Positions 18,962-27,877 of a DNA stretch of 64,000 bases are shown here, one piece after another. The DNA is taken from positions 417,163 to 481,162 of the forward strand of contig JACJYQ010000001.1 in assembly GCA_020636025.1 (NCBI GenBank). The letters run 5' to 3'. Origin of the DNA: Lewinellaceae bacterium (GTDB lineage: Bacteria > Bacteroidota > Bacteroidia > Chitinophagales > Saprospiraceae). Position numbers and translations under genes: made by a program. The notes below the pieces were generated by a model. The model was not told where the DNA came from, made no database searches, and saw only the letters and a program-made list of their open reading frames with translations. The number at the start of each line of letters is the position of its first letter. Position 1 is the stretch's first letter.

Positions 18962-20638
18962 TTACTTTTTTTGTTCTTTGGCCCAGGTGTCTTTCAGGGT
19001 AACCGTGCGATTAAATACTCGCTTATCGCTGTTGGAGTCCGGGTCGACACAAAAATAACCAAGCCTTGTAAATTGAAATTTCTCTCCGGGCTCGGCATTG
19101 GCTAATGCTGGTTCAATAAGAGCATTTTTCTTTATTAACAGTGACTCCTCGTGGATGGTGGCTTTGAAATTTTCCTCAGCCGCAGGATCTTCCACTTTAA
19201 ACAGTCGGTCATACAGCCGTACTTCTGCTTCTACCGCATCTGTAGCTGACAACCAGTGAATTACGCCTTTTACCTTCAGTCCGGATGTATCCTGACCAGA
19301 TCTGCTTTCTGGTACGTATGTACAATGCAATGCTGTGATATTCCCCTGCTCGTCCTTCATCACCTCATCGCAACGGATGATAAAGCCGGATTTTAAACGC
19401 ACCATGCCGCCCGGTGACAAGCGGAAGTATTTAGGTGGCGGGTTTTCCATAAAGTCATCCTGCTCTATCCAAAGTTCTCTGGTAAAGGCAATTTTTCTGT
19501 TGCCTGTTTCCGGCTGCTCAGGATTGTTTTCTGTTTCCATCCACTCGATTTGCCCTTCCGGTAAATTGGTAATGATCACTTTCAATGGATCGAGTACTGC
19601 AAAACGTCGGAGGGCGTGTCGATTTAGATCTTCCCTGATTGAAAATTCCAATAAAGAAAGTTCGATCAGATTCTCACGTTTAGCTACTCCAATACGTGTT
19701 GCAAAGGCCCGAATACTTTCAGGTGTATAGCCACGGCGACGGAAGGCAGCGATGGTTGGCATACGGGGATCATCCCATCCGCTCACATATTTTTCATCTA
19801 CCAACTGCTTCAATTTCCGTTTGCTCATAACCGTATAGCTCAAATTGAAACGAGCCATTTCATACTGTTTAGACGGAAATATGCCGAGCTGTTCTATACA
19901 CCAGTCATACAATTCGCGGTGCGGAATAAATTCAAGTGTGCAAATCGAATGCGTGATGTTTTCAATGCTGTCACTTTGTCCGTGTGCCCAGTCATACATC
20001 GGATAAATGCACCATTTATCTCCTGTTCTGTGATGGTGAGCATGTTTGATCCGGTACAGATACGGATCACGCATATGCATATTGGGTGAAGCCAGGTCAA
20101 TTTTTGCCCGAAGTGTGCAATGACCGTCCGGGTATTCACCTGCTTTCATTTTCTCAAAAAGTTCCAGGTTTTCTTCAACCGAAGTTTCCCGGTATTTACC
20201 TGGCACACCCGGTGTGGTTGGAGTTCCTTTAGAGGCAGCTACCTCTGCAGGTGAAGAAAAATCAACATAGGCTTTGCCTTTGGATATCAGCAGCTTTGCC
20301 CACTCGTATAATTGTTCAAAATAATCTGATGCATAGAAAATATTATCGGGTTCGAAGCCCAACCAGCGTACATCAGAGAGAATGCTGTCAACAAATTCAG
20401 TTTCTTCTGTAGACGGATTCGTATCGTCAAAGCGGAGGTTGGTTTTACCTCCATACTTCTGCGCCAGGCCAAAATTGAGGCAAATGCTTTTCGCGTGTCC
20501 TATGTGCAGGTAACCATTCGGTTCCGGCGGGAATCGGGTGAGAATGGTTTCGTATTTTCCGGAAGCCAGATCGGCTTCCACTATTTCCTCCAGGAAATTG
20601 AGTGATTCTCTTCCTGTATTTTGTGTTTCAGTCGTCAT
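18962..20638 (-). CDS. glnS: Glutamine--tRNA ligase
   Basis: Class I HIGH motif (PNGYLHIGHAKS), KMSKS variant (VMSKRKL), and length and N-terminal block typical of GlnRS. Confidence 0.9.
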   Translation of the reverse strand: MTTETQNTGRESLNFLEEIVEADLASGKYETILTRFPPEPNGYLHIGHAKSICLNFGLAQKYGGKTNLRFDDTNPSTEETEFVDSILSDVRWLGFEPDNIFYASDYFEQLYEWAKLLISKGKAYVDFSSPAEVAASKGTPTTPGVPGKYRETSVEENLELFEKMKAGEYPDGHCTLRAKIDLASPNMHMRDPYLYRIKHAHHHRTGDKWCIYPMYDWAHGQSDSIENITHSICTLEFIPHRELYDWCIEQLGIFPSKQYEMARFNLSYTVMSKRKLKQLVDEKYVSGWDDPRMPTIAAFRRRGYTPESIRAFATRIGVAKRENLIELSLLEFSIREDLNRHALRRFAVLDPLKVIITNLPEGQIEWMETENNPEQPETGNRKIAFTRELWIEQDDFMENPPPKYFRLSPGGMVRLKSGFIIRCDEVMKDEQGNITALHCTYVPESRSGQDTSGLKVKGVIHWLSATDAVEAEVRLYDRLFKVEDPAAEENFKATIHEESLLIKKNALIEPALANAEPGEKFQFTRLGYFCVDPDSNSDKRVFNRTVTLKDTWAKEQKK

Positions 20639-20719
20639 GATTAATTCAAATATGGTGCAAAGAAACTGAGATAAACGGAAATCATGGTTTTTCCTGTAAA
20701 AGTTCCTGCTGGCATTAAA

Positions 20720-20727
20720 TATATTTG
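20720..20727 (+). promoter_or_regulatory. Candidate -7 box TATATTTG
   Basis: TAnnTTTG match 68 nt upstream of ATG 20795. Confidence 0.3.
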
Positions 20728-20794
20728 CTTTGCAAAAGATGGAGCTGATTCTTAAACCACCATCTGTATAAACTCATTTCTAAATTTTAATTGT

Positions 20795-21010
20795 ATGAAA
20801 TTATTCCTCCCAATTTTACTTTTTCTTTCCATGTACGGCCTTTCAAGCTGTTCGGATGGTGAAGCCGCAAAAAAAGCCGAAGCCGAAGCTGCTGCTGCTA
20901 AAGAGGCCGCCACTCTTGATTCATTAAGTATGGAACTCGAGAAAAAAACTACTGAAATTGAAAAGGATGTTCAGAGCCTTGAAGAAGGCCTAAAGGAAAT
21001 TGAAGAGTAA
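20795..21010 (+). CDS. Small lipoprotein, Ala/Glu/Lys-rich helix (71 aa)
   Basis: Lipobox-like MKLFLPILLFLSMYGLSSC followed by a charged helical sequence. Confidence 0.55.
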   Translation: MKLFLPILLFLSMYGLSSCSDGEAAKKAEAEAAAAKEAATLDSLSMELEKKTTEIEKDVQSLEEGLKEIEE

Positions 21011-21055
21011 ACCTGTAAACCAGACCTTTTATCCATTTATTAAAACACAACACAC

Positions 21056-21733
21056 ATGCACAACATACTTAAGTCAATTGCCATCATGTTCATGGCCGCC
21101 ATGGCGTTTTTCCTGTTTCCGTCAACCACTTATGCCCAGGGCAAAGGAAAAGGACAGGACAAGAAGGAAATGAAGGACAAAACCGGCAAAGCCGATAATG
21201 AAGTCAGAGGAAAGTCTGACGATCACGGCCACGAAGGCCATGATCACGTAAAAGATCATGCAAAGGATCGCGATATGGAAAAAAGCAGGGATATGGAAAA
21301 AGGAAAAGATATGGATGAAGCACGTGAAGATCGCGAAGCTGAACACAGTAAGGATGCCGATGATGATGACATGCATGAGAAGAAGGAAAAGAAAGAAAAA
21401 GGAGACAACAATGGAAATGCCTACGGCAAGGATAAGGGTGACATGTCAGGAAAGGAATTTGGGCAACACAGAGCTGAGGAAGCACACAAAAAACATCAGG
21501 CCAGGAAAGCAGAGGCAAAAGAATCAGTTGAATCGGCAGATGCCAAAGTGAAAGATGCTCGCGAACGCATTAAAAAGGCCAAAGACAAACTAGAGGCCGA
21601 TAAAAAGGCCAAAAAGGTAAATGATGCTCAGTATGAAGAGAAGAAAAAGAAAATTGAACAGGTAGAAAAACAAACTGACGAACTGGAGGCTAAAATCAAG
21701 AGCACCAAAACAAAGGTTGAAGGCCAGGAGTGA
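21056..21733 (+). CDS. Secreted low-complexity His/Asp/Glu/Lys-rich protein (225 aa)
   Basis: Signal peptide ...FLFPSTTYAQG. Contains DDHGHEGHDHVKDHAKD, DMEKSRDMEKGKDMDEA repeats and a C-terminal K/E coiled-coil-like region. Confidence 0.6.
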   Translation: MHNILKSIAIMFMAAMAFFLFPSTTYAQGKGKGQDKKEMKDKTGKADNEVRGKSDDHGHEGHDHVKDHAKDRDMEKSRDMEKGKDMDEAREDREAEHSKDADDDDMHEKKEKKEKGDNNGNAYGKDKGDMSGKEFGQHRAEEAHKKHQARKAEAKESVESADAKVKDARERIKKAKDKLEADKKAKKVNDAQYEEKKKKIEQVEKQTDELEAKIKSTKTKVEGQE

Positions 21734-21835
21734 ATACTTAACTGGGTGATTCAGGAGGTAAATGTGTTCATCATTCGTTGTTCGATGTTCCCTTTACTGC
21801 CTATGGCACTCTTAATCAGTTAGTTAAAATATGAC

Positions 21836-21902
21836 AACCCGATTTTACAAGTAGCTTATTAAATCCTAGTGATTAATAAGACTCAAGTAAAATCGGGTTT
21901 TT
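21836..21902. terminator. Nested hairpin terminator shared by convergent genes
   Basis: Outer stem AACCCGATTTTAC (21836-48) / GTAAAATCGGGTT (21887-99). Inner stem CTTATTAA (21855-62) / TTAATAAG (21873-80). A T-run follows on the plus strand. Confidence 0.6.
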
Positions 21903-21939
21903 CCATAATTAATCGGGTTTCCCTGATATTTGAAGGGTA

Positions 21940-22518
21940 TTAGCGGCCTATCAGGCACGCAATCAGTTTTTGAGTAGCCACAGCCCGGTGGCTTATTTTG
22001 CTTTTTATCTCGTCTCCCAGAATGGCGAAGGTGTCTTCATAGCCATCCGGGATGAAAACCGGATCATATCCAAAACCGCCGTTACCGCTTTTTTGCTCTG
22101 CGATTTTTCCAGGGCAAATTCCTTCCAGCAACATTTCTTCTTCTCCTCTTAAAAGAGCAATAACCGTTCTGAACTGAGCTTTTCTGTTGGGCTTTCCTTC
22201 CAGTTTTTGCAGTAATAAACGGTTGTTGTCATCGGCACTCCGCGCCGGACCGGCAAAGCGTGCTGTATGTACGCCAGGCGCGCCATCGAGGGCCTCTACT
22301 TCCAGTCCGGTATCTTCGGAAAAGCAGTCATATCCAAATTTTTCTTTGACATACCTGGCTTTCAGCAGAGCATTTCCTTCCAGGGTGTTTTCAGTTTCTT
22401 CAATTTCTTCGGTACAGCCTATGTCAGGCAGTGTCTTAATACTATATCCCGGACCCAGGATAAGTTCCACTTCTCGGGCTTTGTGTGGGTTATTGGTAGC
22501 GAATACGAGGGTTTTCAT
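21940..22518 (-). CDS. rdgB: RdgB/HAM1-family non-canonical purine NTP pyrophosphatase
   Basis: LVFATNNPHKAREV..., FGYDPVF and SHR motifs. 192 aa. Confidence 0.9.
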   Translation of the reverse strand: MKTLVFATNNPHKAREVELILGPGYSIKTLPDIGCTEEIEETENTLEGNALLKARYVKEKFGYDCFSEDTGLEVEALDGAPGVHTARFAGPARSADDNNRLLLQKLEGKPNRKAQFRTVIALLRGEEEMLLEGICPGKIAEQKSGNGGFGYDPVFIPDGYEDTFAILGDEIKSKISHRAVATQKLIACLIGR

Positions 22519-22602
22519 GAGGCAAAATTAGAGAAAGAAAAGGTGGTATGAGGATAGATTTGTGTGGCAAAAAAAATTATATCAAATAAATTGACCGTTT
22601 GC

Positions 22603-22610
22603 TATTTTTG
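22603..22610 (+). promoter_or_regulatory. Candidate -7 box TATTTTTG
   Basis: TAnnTTTG match 47 nt upstream of ATG 22657. A TTGACC sequence lies 12 nt upstream. Confidence 0.3.
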
Positions 22611-22656
22611 TTAAGCGTTTACGTGCTTTCGATCTCACCATAAACAAATTACAACA

Positions 22657-23787
22657 ATGAGAAAGCTGGTTTTACTATTTCTACTGCTGAATGGGGTTTT
22701 TCATCAGCTACAAGCACAAATAACCGTATCGAACACTGTTTTCCCAGTTGTTGGCGATACCCTTCATTATGCTTTTGGCAATCAAGCAGGTGCCATCAAC
22801 CAGATTTTTACGCCTCCAGGTGGAGTGCAACAATGGGATCTGAGTAATCTTCAGGCAACTCAATATTGGAATCCGGTAATGCAAGACCCTTCAACGGGGG
22901 CTGATCATGCATTTTTCCAGGGTGCTACGATACTGTATAATCCGCCAAACTCCTCCTCTGAAGCATATTTGCAGGTCACGGGTAATCAGGTACTTGGCAT
23001 GGGCTACGCGGGTCTGGACAAGCTTGGTTTGGGTCTGGATATATTGTTTCAAAACAAGCCTTCGCTGGAAGTTTCCTGGGCGCCTGTCAATTTTTTTGAT
23101 ATTCATCAAAGCGCTGCCAATGTTTTGACCGCTTTTGATGCTCCAATAGCACCGCCGGTGCTGCTCAATCTGGTTCCTGCCGCGGATTCATTCCGGATAC
23201 GCGTTACATACCAACGAATTGCCTCCATTGATGCCTATGGCACTATGACCATTCCCGGCGGCACCTTTGATGTGTTGCGTAAAAAACAAACGGAATACAA
23301 ATCAACAGCCGTCGATGTAAAAGTTGCTCCACTTGGTTGGATAGATATTTCAACCATTGGAGGCCAGCAGTTACTTCCCTTGGGGACGGATACGATAACT
23401 ACTTTCCATTTTCTAAATGATGTGTCGAAAGAGGAGATTGCTATTTGTACGCTGAATACTGGTCAAAATACAGTCACAGGTGTGCAGTATAAGGCAGTGA
23501 ATGTGCCTTCCAGAGTTAATGCTGCGTTGTTGGATAGGGGAGTGCTTATTTACCCAAATCCCGCTCATGATATGGTTTATGTGCATTTCAACCGTCAGAC
23601 AGGTGCTGAATTGCAATTCGAGTTATTGGATGTTCGTGGGAAGGTGATTTTAAGGCAAAATGGGCAGCTTGTTCCAGGAGAGAGCGATATTCATATTTCA
23701 GTTTCTTCCCTTCCTCTTGGCTTATATCAGTTATTAGTAAGAGAAAATGGAAACTTGCTTATTGGTAAGAGGCTTGTGAAGATTTGA
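22657..23787 (+). CDS. Secreted protein of unknown function with T9SS type-A sorting domain
   Basis: Signal peptide MRKLVLLFLLLNGVFHQLQAQ and C-terminus LIYPNPAHDMVYVHF...LGLYQLLVRENG. Confidence 0.7.
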   Translation: MRKLVLLFLLLNGVFHQLQAQITVSNTVFPVVGDTLHYAFGNQAGAINQIFTPPGGVQQWDLSNLQATQYWNPVMQDPSTGADHAFFQGATILYNPPNSSSEAYLQVTGNQVLGMGYAGLDKLGLGLDILFQNKPSLEVSWAPVNFFDIHQSAANVLTAFDAPIAPPVLLNLVPAADSFRIRVTYQRIASIDAYGTMTIPGGTFDVLRKKQTEYKSTAVDVKVAPLGWIDISTIGGQQLLPLGTDTITTFHFLNDVSKEEIAICTLNTGQNTVTGVQYKAVNVPSRVNAALLDRGVLIYPNPAHDMVYVHFNRQTGAELQFELLDVRGKVILRQNGQLVPGESDIHISVSSLPLGLYQLLVRENGNLLIGKRLVKI

Positions 23788-23827
23788 TTTACTCAGGGAA
23801 AGAATAAATGACTAGAGCTTAAATAAC

Positions 23828-23862
23828 AAAAGCCTCACAATCGTTTGATTGCAAGGCTTTTT
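23828..23862 (+). terminator. Rho-independent-type terminator
   Basis: AAAAGCCT-CA-CAATC gttt GATTG-CA-AGGCTTTT hairpin (one 2-nt internal mismatch) ending in a T-run, 40 nt after the TGA at 23785-87. Confidence 0.55.
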
Positions 23863-23865
23863 GTG

Positions 23866-23937
23866 TAGTCCGTACGGGAATCGAACCCGTGTTTCATCCG
23901 TGAAAGGGATGTGTCCTAACCCCTAGACGAACGGACC
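23866..23937 (-). tRNA. tRNA-Glu (anticodon UUC), 72 nt, CCA not encoded
   Basis: Folded by hand as GGTCCGT-TC-GTCT-AGGGGTTA-GGAC-A-CATCC-CTTTCAC-GGATG-AAAC-ACGGG-TTCGATT-CCCGT-ACGGACT-A. All four stems pair (G1:U72 wobble). It closely resembles bacterial tRNA-Glu. Confidence 0.9.
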
Positions 23938-23954
23938 TTTCGTTTAAAGCGGGG

Positions 23955-23962
23955 CAAAGATA
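23955..23962 (-). promoter_or_regulatory. Candidate -7 box TATCTTTG for the tRNA-Glu gene
   Basis: On the minus strand TATCTTTG lies 17 nt upstream of the mature tRNA 5' end, with a TTG about 17 nt further upstream. Confidence 0.45.
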
Positions 23963-24009
23963 ACATCCTATTTTTCATTCAACCAAGAAGTTTTTATTTT
24001 TTATTTTTT

Positions 24010-24408
24010 TCAAAGATGATTTAATCTCAAATAATACTTTTCATCATCAAATAGCCAATGCTGCAATATCTCAATAGTATAAAATCCGGGCTCCAGATTT
24101 TTAAAAGTTGAACCTACTATACATTCAGAAAATGAGGTAAAAGCAATCTCCTTGGTTCCCATTCTTCCTTGAAGAGTTCCTACTGGATTTCCACCAAATA
24201 CCTGGTAATTTTCAAAGGCATAGTATTTGGATGATTGCCCTTTCGGAAGCAATCCAATTTGAGTTTTTTCTTTTTGATTCAGGATGTACTCTGCCTGGAA
24301 AATATCCCTGACGGTGGCATTTTTAAATCGGATAAATACACCATTTGGGGCTTTGTTGCAGCTTAACACAATCAAACAAAGGGCAAAAAAGGGTAGAAAA
24401 GCTTTCAT
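24010..24408 (-). CDS. Small lipoprotein, unknown function (132 aa)
   Basis: MKAFLPFFALCLIVLSCNK lipobox. Confidence 0.6.
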   Translation of the reverse strand: MKAFLPFFALCLIVLSCNKAPNGVFIRFKNATVRDIFQAEYILNQKEKTQIGLLPKGQSSKYYAFENYQVFGGNPVGTLQGRMGTKEIAFTSFSECIVGSTFKNLEPGFYTIEILQHWLFDDEKYYLRLNHL

Positions 24409-24458
24409 AATTAAATAGTTTTATACTGTTAAGATACCACTTCCCCGATTTTAGCTGG

Positions 24459-26279
24459 CTAAAGCCGATAATTTTGTAGCATTTTTTTCACCCTGACCAT
24501 TATATCCGGATCCACTTCCAGTTCCGGTGCATGGTGAGGCTTCTTCCTCGCGTCGATGACAAGTGGTCCATGGCAACCCCAATGTTTGTGCTCTGTGAAT
24601 GAGTTTACGCCGTATGTGTCGTGACTGGGATTGGCTCTTGTAAAAGCCACCCAGACGAAATTATTAATATTGGCTGCTGTGAACTGGCTATCATCCACCA
24701 GGAGAATCAACGGAATTCCCTTAAGGTCGATATTGGACAAATGTTTACATACATCTTCTGCCTCTTTCCTTGAACTTGACTCTACTTTGAACTCAGGCGC
24801 TTTAATGGCCAGTATCCCAGGCAGGCAAAATTGTGGATCACTAAAACTTTGCGGTAAATTGAAACCTCCCGGCAGGGTGGTAGCCAGTTCCCTTCGTTTT
24901 TCCCCTCGGCACGCAATGACCAGTTTAGATCCCGAATTCCAGCCTGAACCCGAATAATCCAGCGTATCAATGGTTGTTCTGGTTTGAAAATGCAAATCGC
25001 GTGTCCAATCCACTCTTTCCAGAAAATGTTGGAAAAAGTCTGCCATATTGTGTGTGTCAAGTTTGGGATTGTCTTCAGATGCAGCGATGAACAGAAACTT
25101 GGCCAAAGAAGTTTGGCCGGAGCCTAGTATTCTGTTAGCAATGGTGAGTATTTCCTCAGGTACCCGTTCCCGAAATGGCATATATCGTTCGTGTCCAATG
25201 GCCAAGAGCAGAGGATGAACTCCGGCAGCATCCACTGCATGCAACTCTTTAAGCCCCGGAAATTCCTGTGGAGTTAAAGGCGCCACCAGTTCGTGAATCA
25301 ACCAGCCAAAACTGCTGTCTTCCATAGGAGGGCGCCCCACTATGGAGAAATGCCAAATAGGATCCTTTCGGTGCCACACTTTATGCACTTTCATCACCGG
25401 GAAATCATGTGTAAGCGAGTAATAACCCAAATGATCTCCGAATGGCCCCTCCGGTTTTTTAACACTTTTCAAGATTTCACCGCTGATCACAAAATCAGCA
25501 TCACTGCTGAGAAAATGCCCGTCCCGATATCCATACCGAAATCGCCTTCCAGCCAGCATGCCCGCAAAGGTGAGCTCACTCAAACCTTCTGGTAAAGGCA
25601 TGATGGCTGAAAAAGCATGACTCGGTGGGCCGCCTACAAAAACGGAGCAATTAAATGGTTTTTCAAGCTCGTTGTACCTGGTGTGATGAACACCTATCCC
25701 TCTGTGGAGCTGGTAATGCATCCCAATTTCTTTATTCGCAACATATTCATTGCCAGATAATTGTACTCTGTACATGCCCAGGTTGCCATGCATTGGCCCT
25801 CTCTTGTCGGGATCCTGGGTATAAACCTGAGGCATGGTAACAAAAGCGCCACCATCCATGGGCCAGCTTTTGATTTGTGGGAGTTTGTCTATGCTTGTGG
25901 TTCCCCAGGTAACCGGCATTCCCAGTCTGCTTTTCATCGGAAGTGCTGAAAGCGCTGTAAACGGTGCACTCAAATACCTGCCTGGATTTTTGAAGAAGCT
26001 TGTTGGGTCTTTTTTTAGTTCAATTACCCGTTTTACTTTTTCAAGGCTGTGCCTGAAAAGGAATTCCGTCCGTTTGAAAGTGCCATAAATATTGCTCACC
26101 GCCTGGAACGGACTTCCTTTTACCTGTTCAAATAAAATGGCAGGGCCTTCACGCTCAAACACCTGGCGATGGATCTCTGCCATTTCCAGATCCGGATCAA
26201 CAGGTTCTTTGATGCGCAATAGTTGTCCGGTTTTTTCCAGATCGTTAACAGCCTGACGAAGTGAAGAATATGCTGGCAT
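24459..26279 (-). CDS. UbiD-family (prenyl-FMN-dependent) decarboxylase, menaquinone/ubiquinone-biosynthesis type
   Basis: 606 aa. N-terminus SSLRQAVNDLEKTGQLLRIKEPVDPDLEMAEIHRQV and overall UbiD-like layout. Confidence 0.8.
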   Translation of the reverse strand: MPAYSSLRQAVNDLEKTGQLLRIKEPVDPDLEMAEIHRQVFEREGPAILFEQVKGSPFQAVSNIYGTFKRTEFLFRHSLEKVKRVIELKKDPTSFFKNPGRYLSAPFTALSALPMKSRLGMPVTWGTTSIDKLPQIKSWPMDGGAFVTMPQVYTQDPDKRGPMHGNLGMYRVQLSGNEYVANKEIGMHYQLHRGIGVHHTRYNELEKPFNCSVFVGGPPSHAFSAIMPLPEGLSELTFAGMLAGRRFRYGYRDGHFLSSDADFVISGEILKSVKKPEGPFGDHLGYYSLTHDFPVMKVHKVWHRKDPIWHFSIVGRPPMEDSSFGWLIHELVAPLTPQEFPGLKELHAVDAAGVHPLLLAIGHERYMPFRERVPEEILTIANRILGSGQTSLAKFLFIAASEDNPKLDTHNMADFFQHFLERVDWTRDLHFQTRTTIDTLDYSGSGWNSGSKLVIACRGEKRRELATTLPGGFNLPQSFSDPQFCLPGILAIKAPEFKVESSSRKEAEDVCKHLSNIDLKGIPLILLVDDSQFTAANINNFVWVAFTRANPSHDTYGVNSFTEHKHWGCHGPLVIDARKKPHHAPELEVDPDIMVRVKKMLQNYRL

Positions 26280-26363
26280 TTTCCGATAATTTGCTCAAGT
26301 CAATTGTATGGGTACAATCAAATTCCTGCCGAAGGCAGAAATCTATAAAATCCAATAACCCGT

Positions 26364-27395
26364 TTAATCTGTGTTCAAAAATTTCATCACATCCACGCCA
26401 TCCGCATAATCATTCAACGCAGGTTCCTGACTTTTACCAAAGGGTAATATTTCAAAGTCCAGCAATTGCGTTTTGCCGACAACACATTGAATTTCTTTTT
26501 TTCTCTCTGTCAATAGCTTATCGAGGTCTGCCAGTTCGTCGTAATACTCATAATGAAGCGAAGCTATACGCGCTTGCAAGGATTGATCCTCTTTTAGCAA
26601 AATACATCCGTTATTCAGGTGAGGAATTTTATTCAGGATGTAGAGCGTGAAATTGTAGTCAAAGTTGTTCTTGTATTTGGCGTGGTTTACAAGGTCCCGG
26701 TATTCATGCAATGTCTCCAACAAGAAGTCGAATTGATAGCCATGAGGCACATAAAGCTTGCTTACATTTCTGCAACCCAAACCAAAGTAGGAAAATATGT
26801 CCTGCCCAAGAGCCATCAGATCCTCCTTTGATTCATAGCCGTTTAGAACAGCTACGCTGTTTCGGTTCCGACGAATGATGTGCGGATACTTGCCAAAATA
26901 TTGTTCAAAATATTTTGCCGTGTTATTTGATCCGGTCGCGATTACCGCCTCAAACCCGCTCAATTTATCCTCCGGGAAAAGAAACTCCGTATACGCGAAT
27001 GACTCCTTGTTCCATTCCCCCATTTTTTTGATCAAAACAGGCAACAACCTTTTGTCCTTGTCACTGAGTTTGATTCGGGCTTTATGGCCACTGACAAATA
27101 CGCACAGCCAATCGTGAAATCCGACAAGTGGAATATTGCCGGCCATGATCAGGCCGATGGTTTTGTCAGGATGTCCTTTATCCTGAATCTGGTAATTGGC
27201 TACCCAGGATTGGAGCTTGGATTGATCAAGAAATGAATGAGCAATGGCATCCAGGGCTTTTTGCACATTTGCTTGTGTAAACCAGTTGTTTTCCTGATAA
27301 GATTGAAGAATGGCTCTTTCCAACTCTTCATCGCCGCCTGATTTGAGAAATTGACCGAGTTCGGTCAATAAATTGAGTCTTTCTTTTAGTTCCAA
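26364..27395 (-). CDS. LuxC-like acyl-CoA reductase family protein
   Basis: 343 aa. Blocks MAGNIPLVGFHD and FGLGCRNVSKLYVP are as I recall for Bacteroidota acyl-CoA reductase (LuxC) homologues. Recognition is from memory only. Confidence 0.55.
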   Translation of the reverse strand: MELKERLNLLTELGQFLKSGGDEELERAILQSYQENNWFTQANVQKALDAIAHSFLDQSKLQSWVANYQIQDKGHPDKTIGLIMAGNIPLVGFHDWLCVFVSGHKARIKLSDKDKRLLPVLIKKMGEWNKESFAYTEFLFPEDKLSGFEAVIATGSNNTAKYFEQYFGKYPHIIRRNRNSVAVLNGYESKEDLMALGQDIFSYFGLGCRNVSKLYVPHGYQFDFLLETLHEYRDLVNHAKYKNNFDYNFTLYILNKIPHLNNGCILLKEDQSLQARIASLHYEYYDELADLDKLLTERKKEIQCVVGKTQLLDFEILPFGKSQEPALNDYADGVDVMKFLNTD

Positions 27396-27628
27396 TGCTT
27401 AATTTGTTTGCGCCAGTTCAACTTTTTTAGATGTTGACTGGAAGTCTTCTCCAAAGGCTAAAATATAACAATCCAGCTGCAAATATTGCTTTTCAAAATA
27501 GAAAATAATTGTAAATATTGCATTAGGATTATTCATAATTACTTAATTGGACAACAGCAAAATGGAGATGATCATGCCGGTACCTTGGATGGAAATTCAC
27601 TCATTTTTTCACTTTTAAATTTCCAGTC

Positions 27629-27823
27629 ATGATTATTGAATCAATCAACGAAATTGAAGTATCCGACGCCGAAATTATGGATACAATTGTAATGGAAGAT
27701 GAAACAACTGATGCAGAATCTACAGAATCTGACGATTTTGATGATTCTGACGATGTTGACGATTCAGATGACGACTCGGAGGGCGACGACGATATGGAGT
27801 CGGAGGATTCAGAAGAAGCCTAA
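27629..27823 (+). CDS. Hyper-acidic small protein (64 aa, roughly half Asp/Glu, no basic residues)
   Basis: ATG start. Sequence ...DETTDAESTESDDFDDSDDVDDSDDDSEGDDDMESEDSEEA. A 15-bp-stem hairpin begins 21 nt after its stop. Coding status is not proven. Confidence 0.45.
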   Translation: MIIESINEIEVSDAEIMDTIVMEDETTDAESTESDDFDDSDDVDDSDDDSEGDDDMESEDSEEA

Positions 27824-27843
27824 TCAAATTAGTACAACTGACT

Positions 27844-27877
27844 GAAACAGCCTCTGCCGGGTGGCAGGGGCTGTTTC
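27844..27877. terminator. Bidirectional terminator hairpin between convergent genes
   Basis: GAAACAGCCTCTGCC gggt GGCAGGGGCTGTTTC (15-bp stem, one G:U). Its 3' end overlaps the stop codon (27876-78) of the minus-strand gene. Confidence 0.7.

Noticed and set aside
18553-19002. 149-aa plus-strand ORF
   Set aside because: It is antisense to the well-supported VOC-family gene and overlaps the glnS 3' end. It is a shadow ORF. The same reasoning applies to the many 60-140-aa ORFs antisense to the HTCS, M36, CcmF-like, UbiD and BNR genes.
21122-21551. Three overlapping ORFs (84, 104 and 97 aa) inside or antisense to the His/Asp/Lys-rich gene
   Set aside because: They are artefacts of the purine-rich low-complexity coding sequence. 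Only the 21056-21733 frame has a signal peptide and a clean start.
23788-24009. tRNA-Glu as an integration site for a genomic island
   Set aside because: There is no integrase, no direct repeat of the tRNA 3' end and no phage or mobile genes on either side. The neighbours are ordinary chromosomal genes.
27481-27521. Two AAATATTGC direct copies 32 nt apart as a regulator binding site
   Set aside because: It is a 9-mer in a very AT-rich region, so chance occurrence is plausible. It is mentioned only as context for the acidic ORF.
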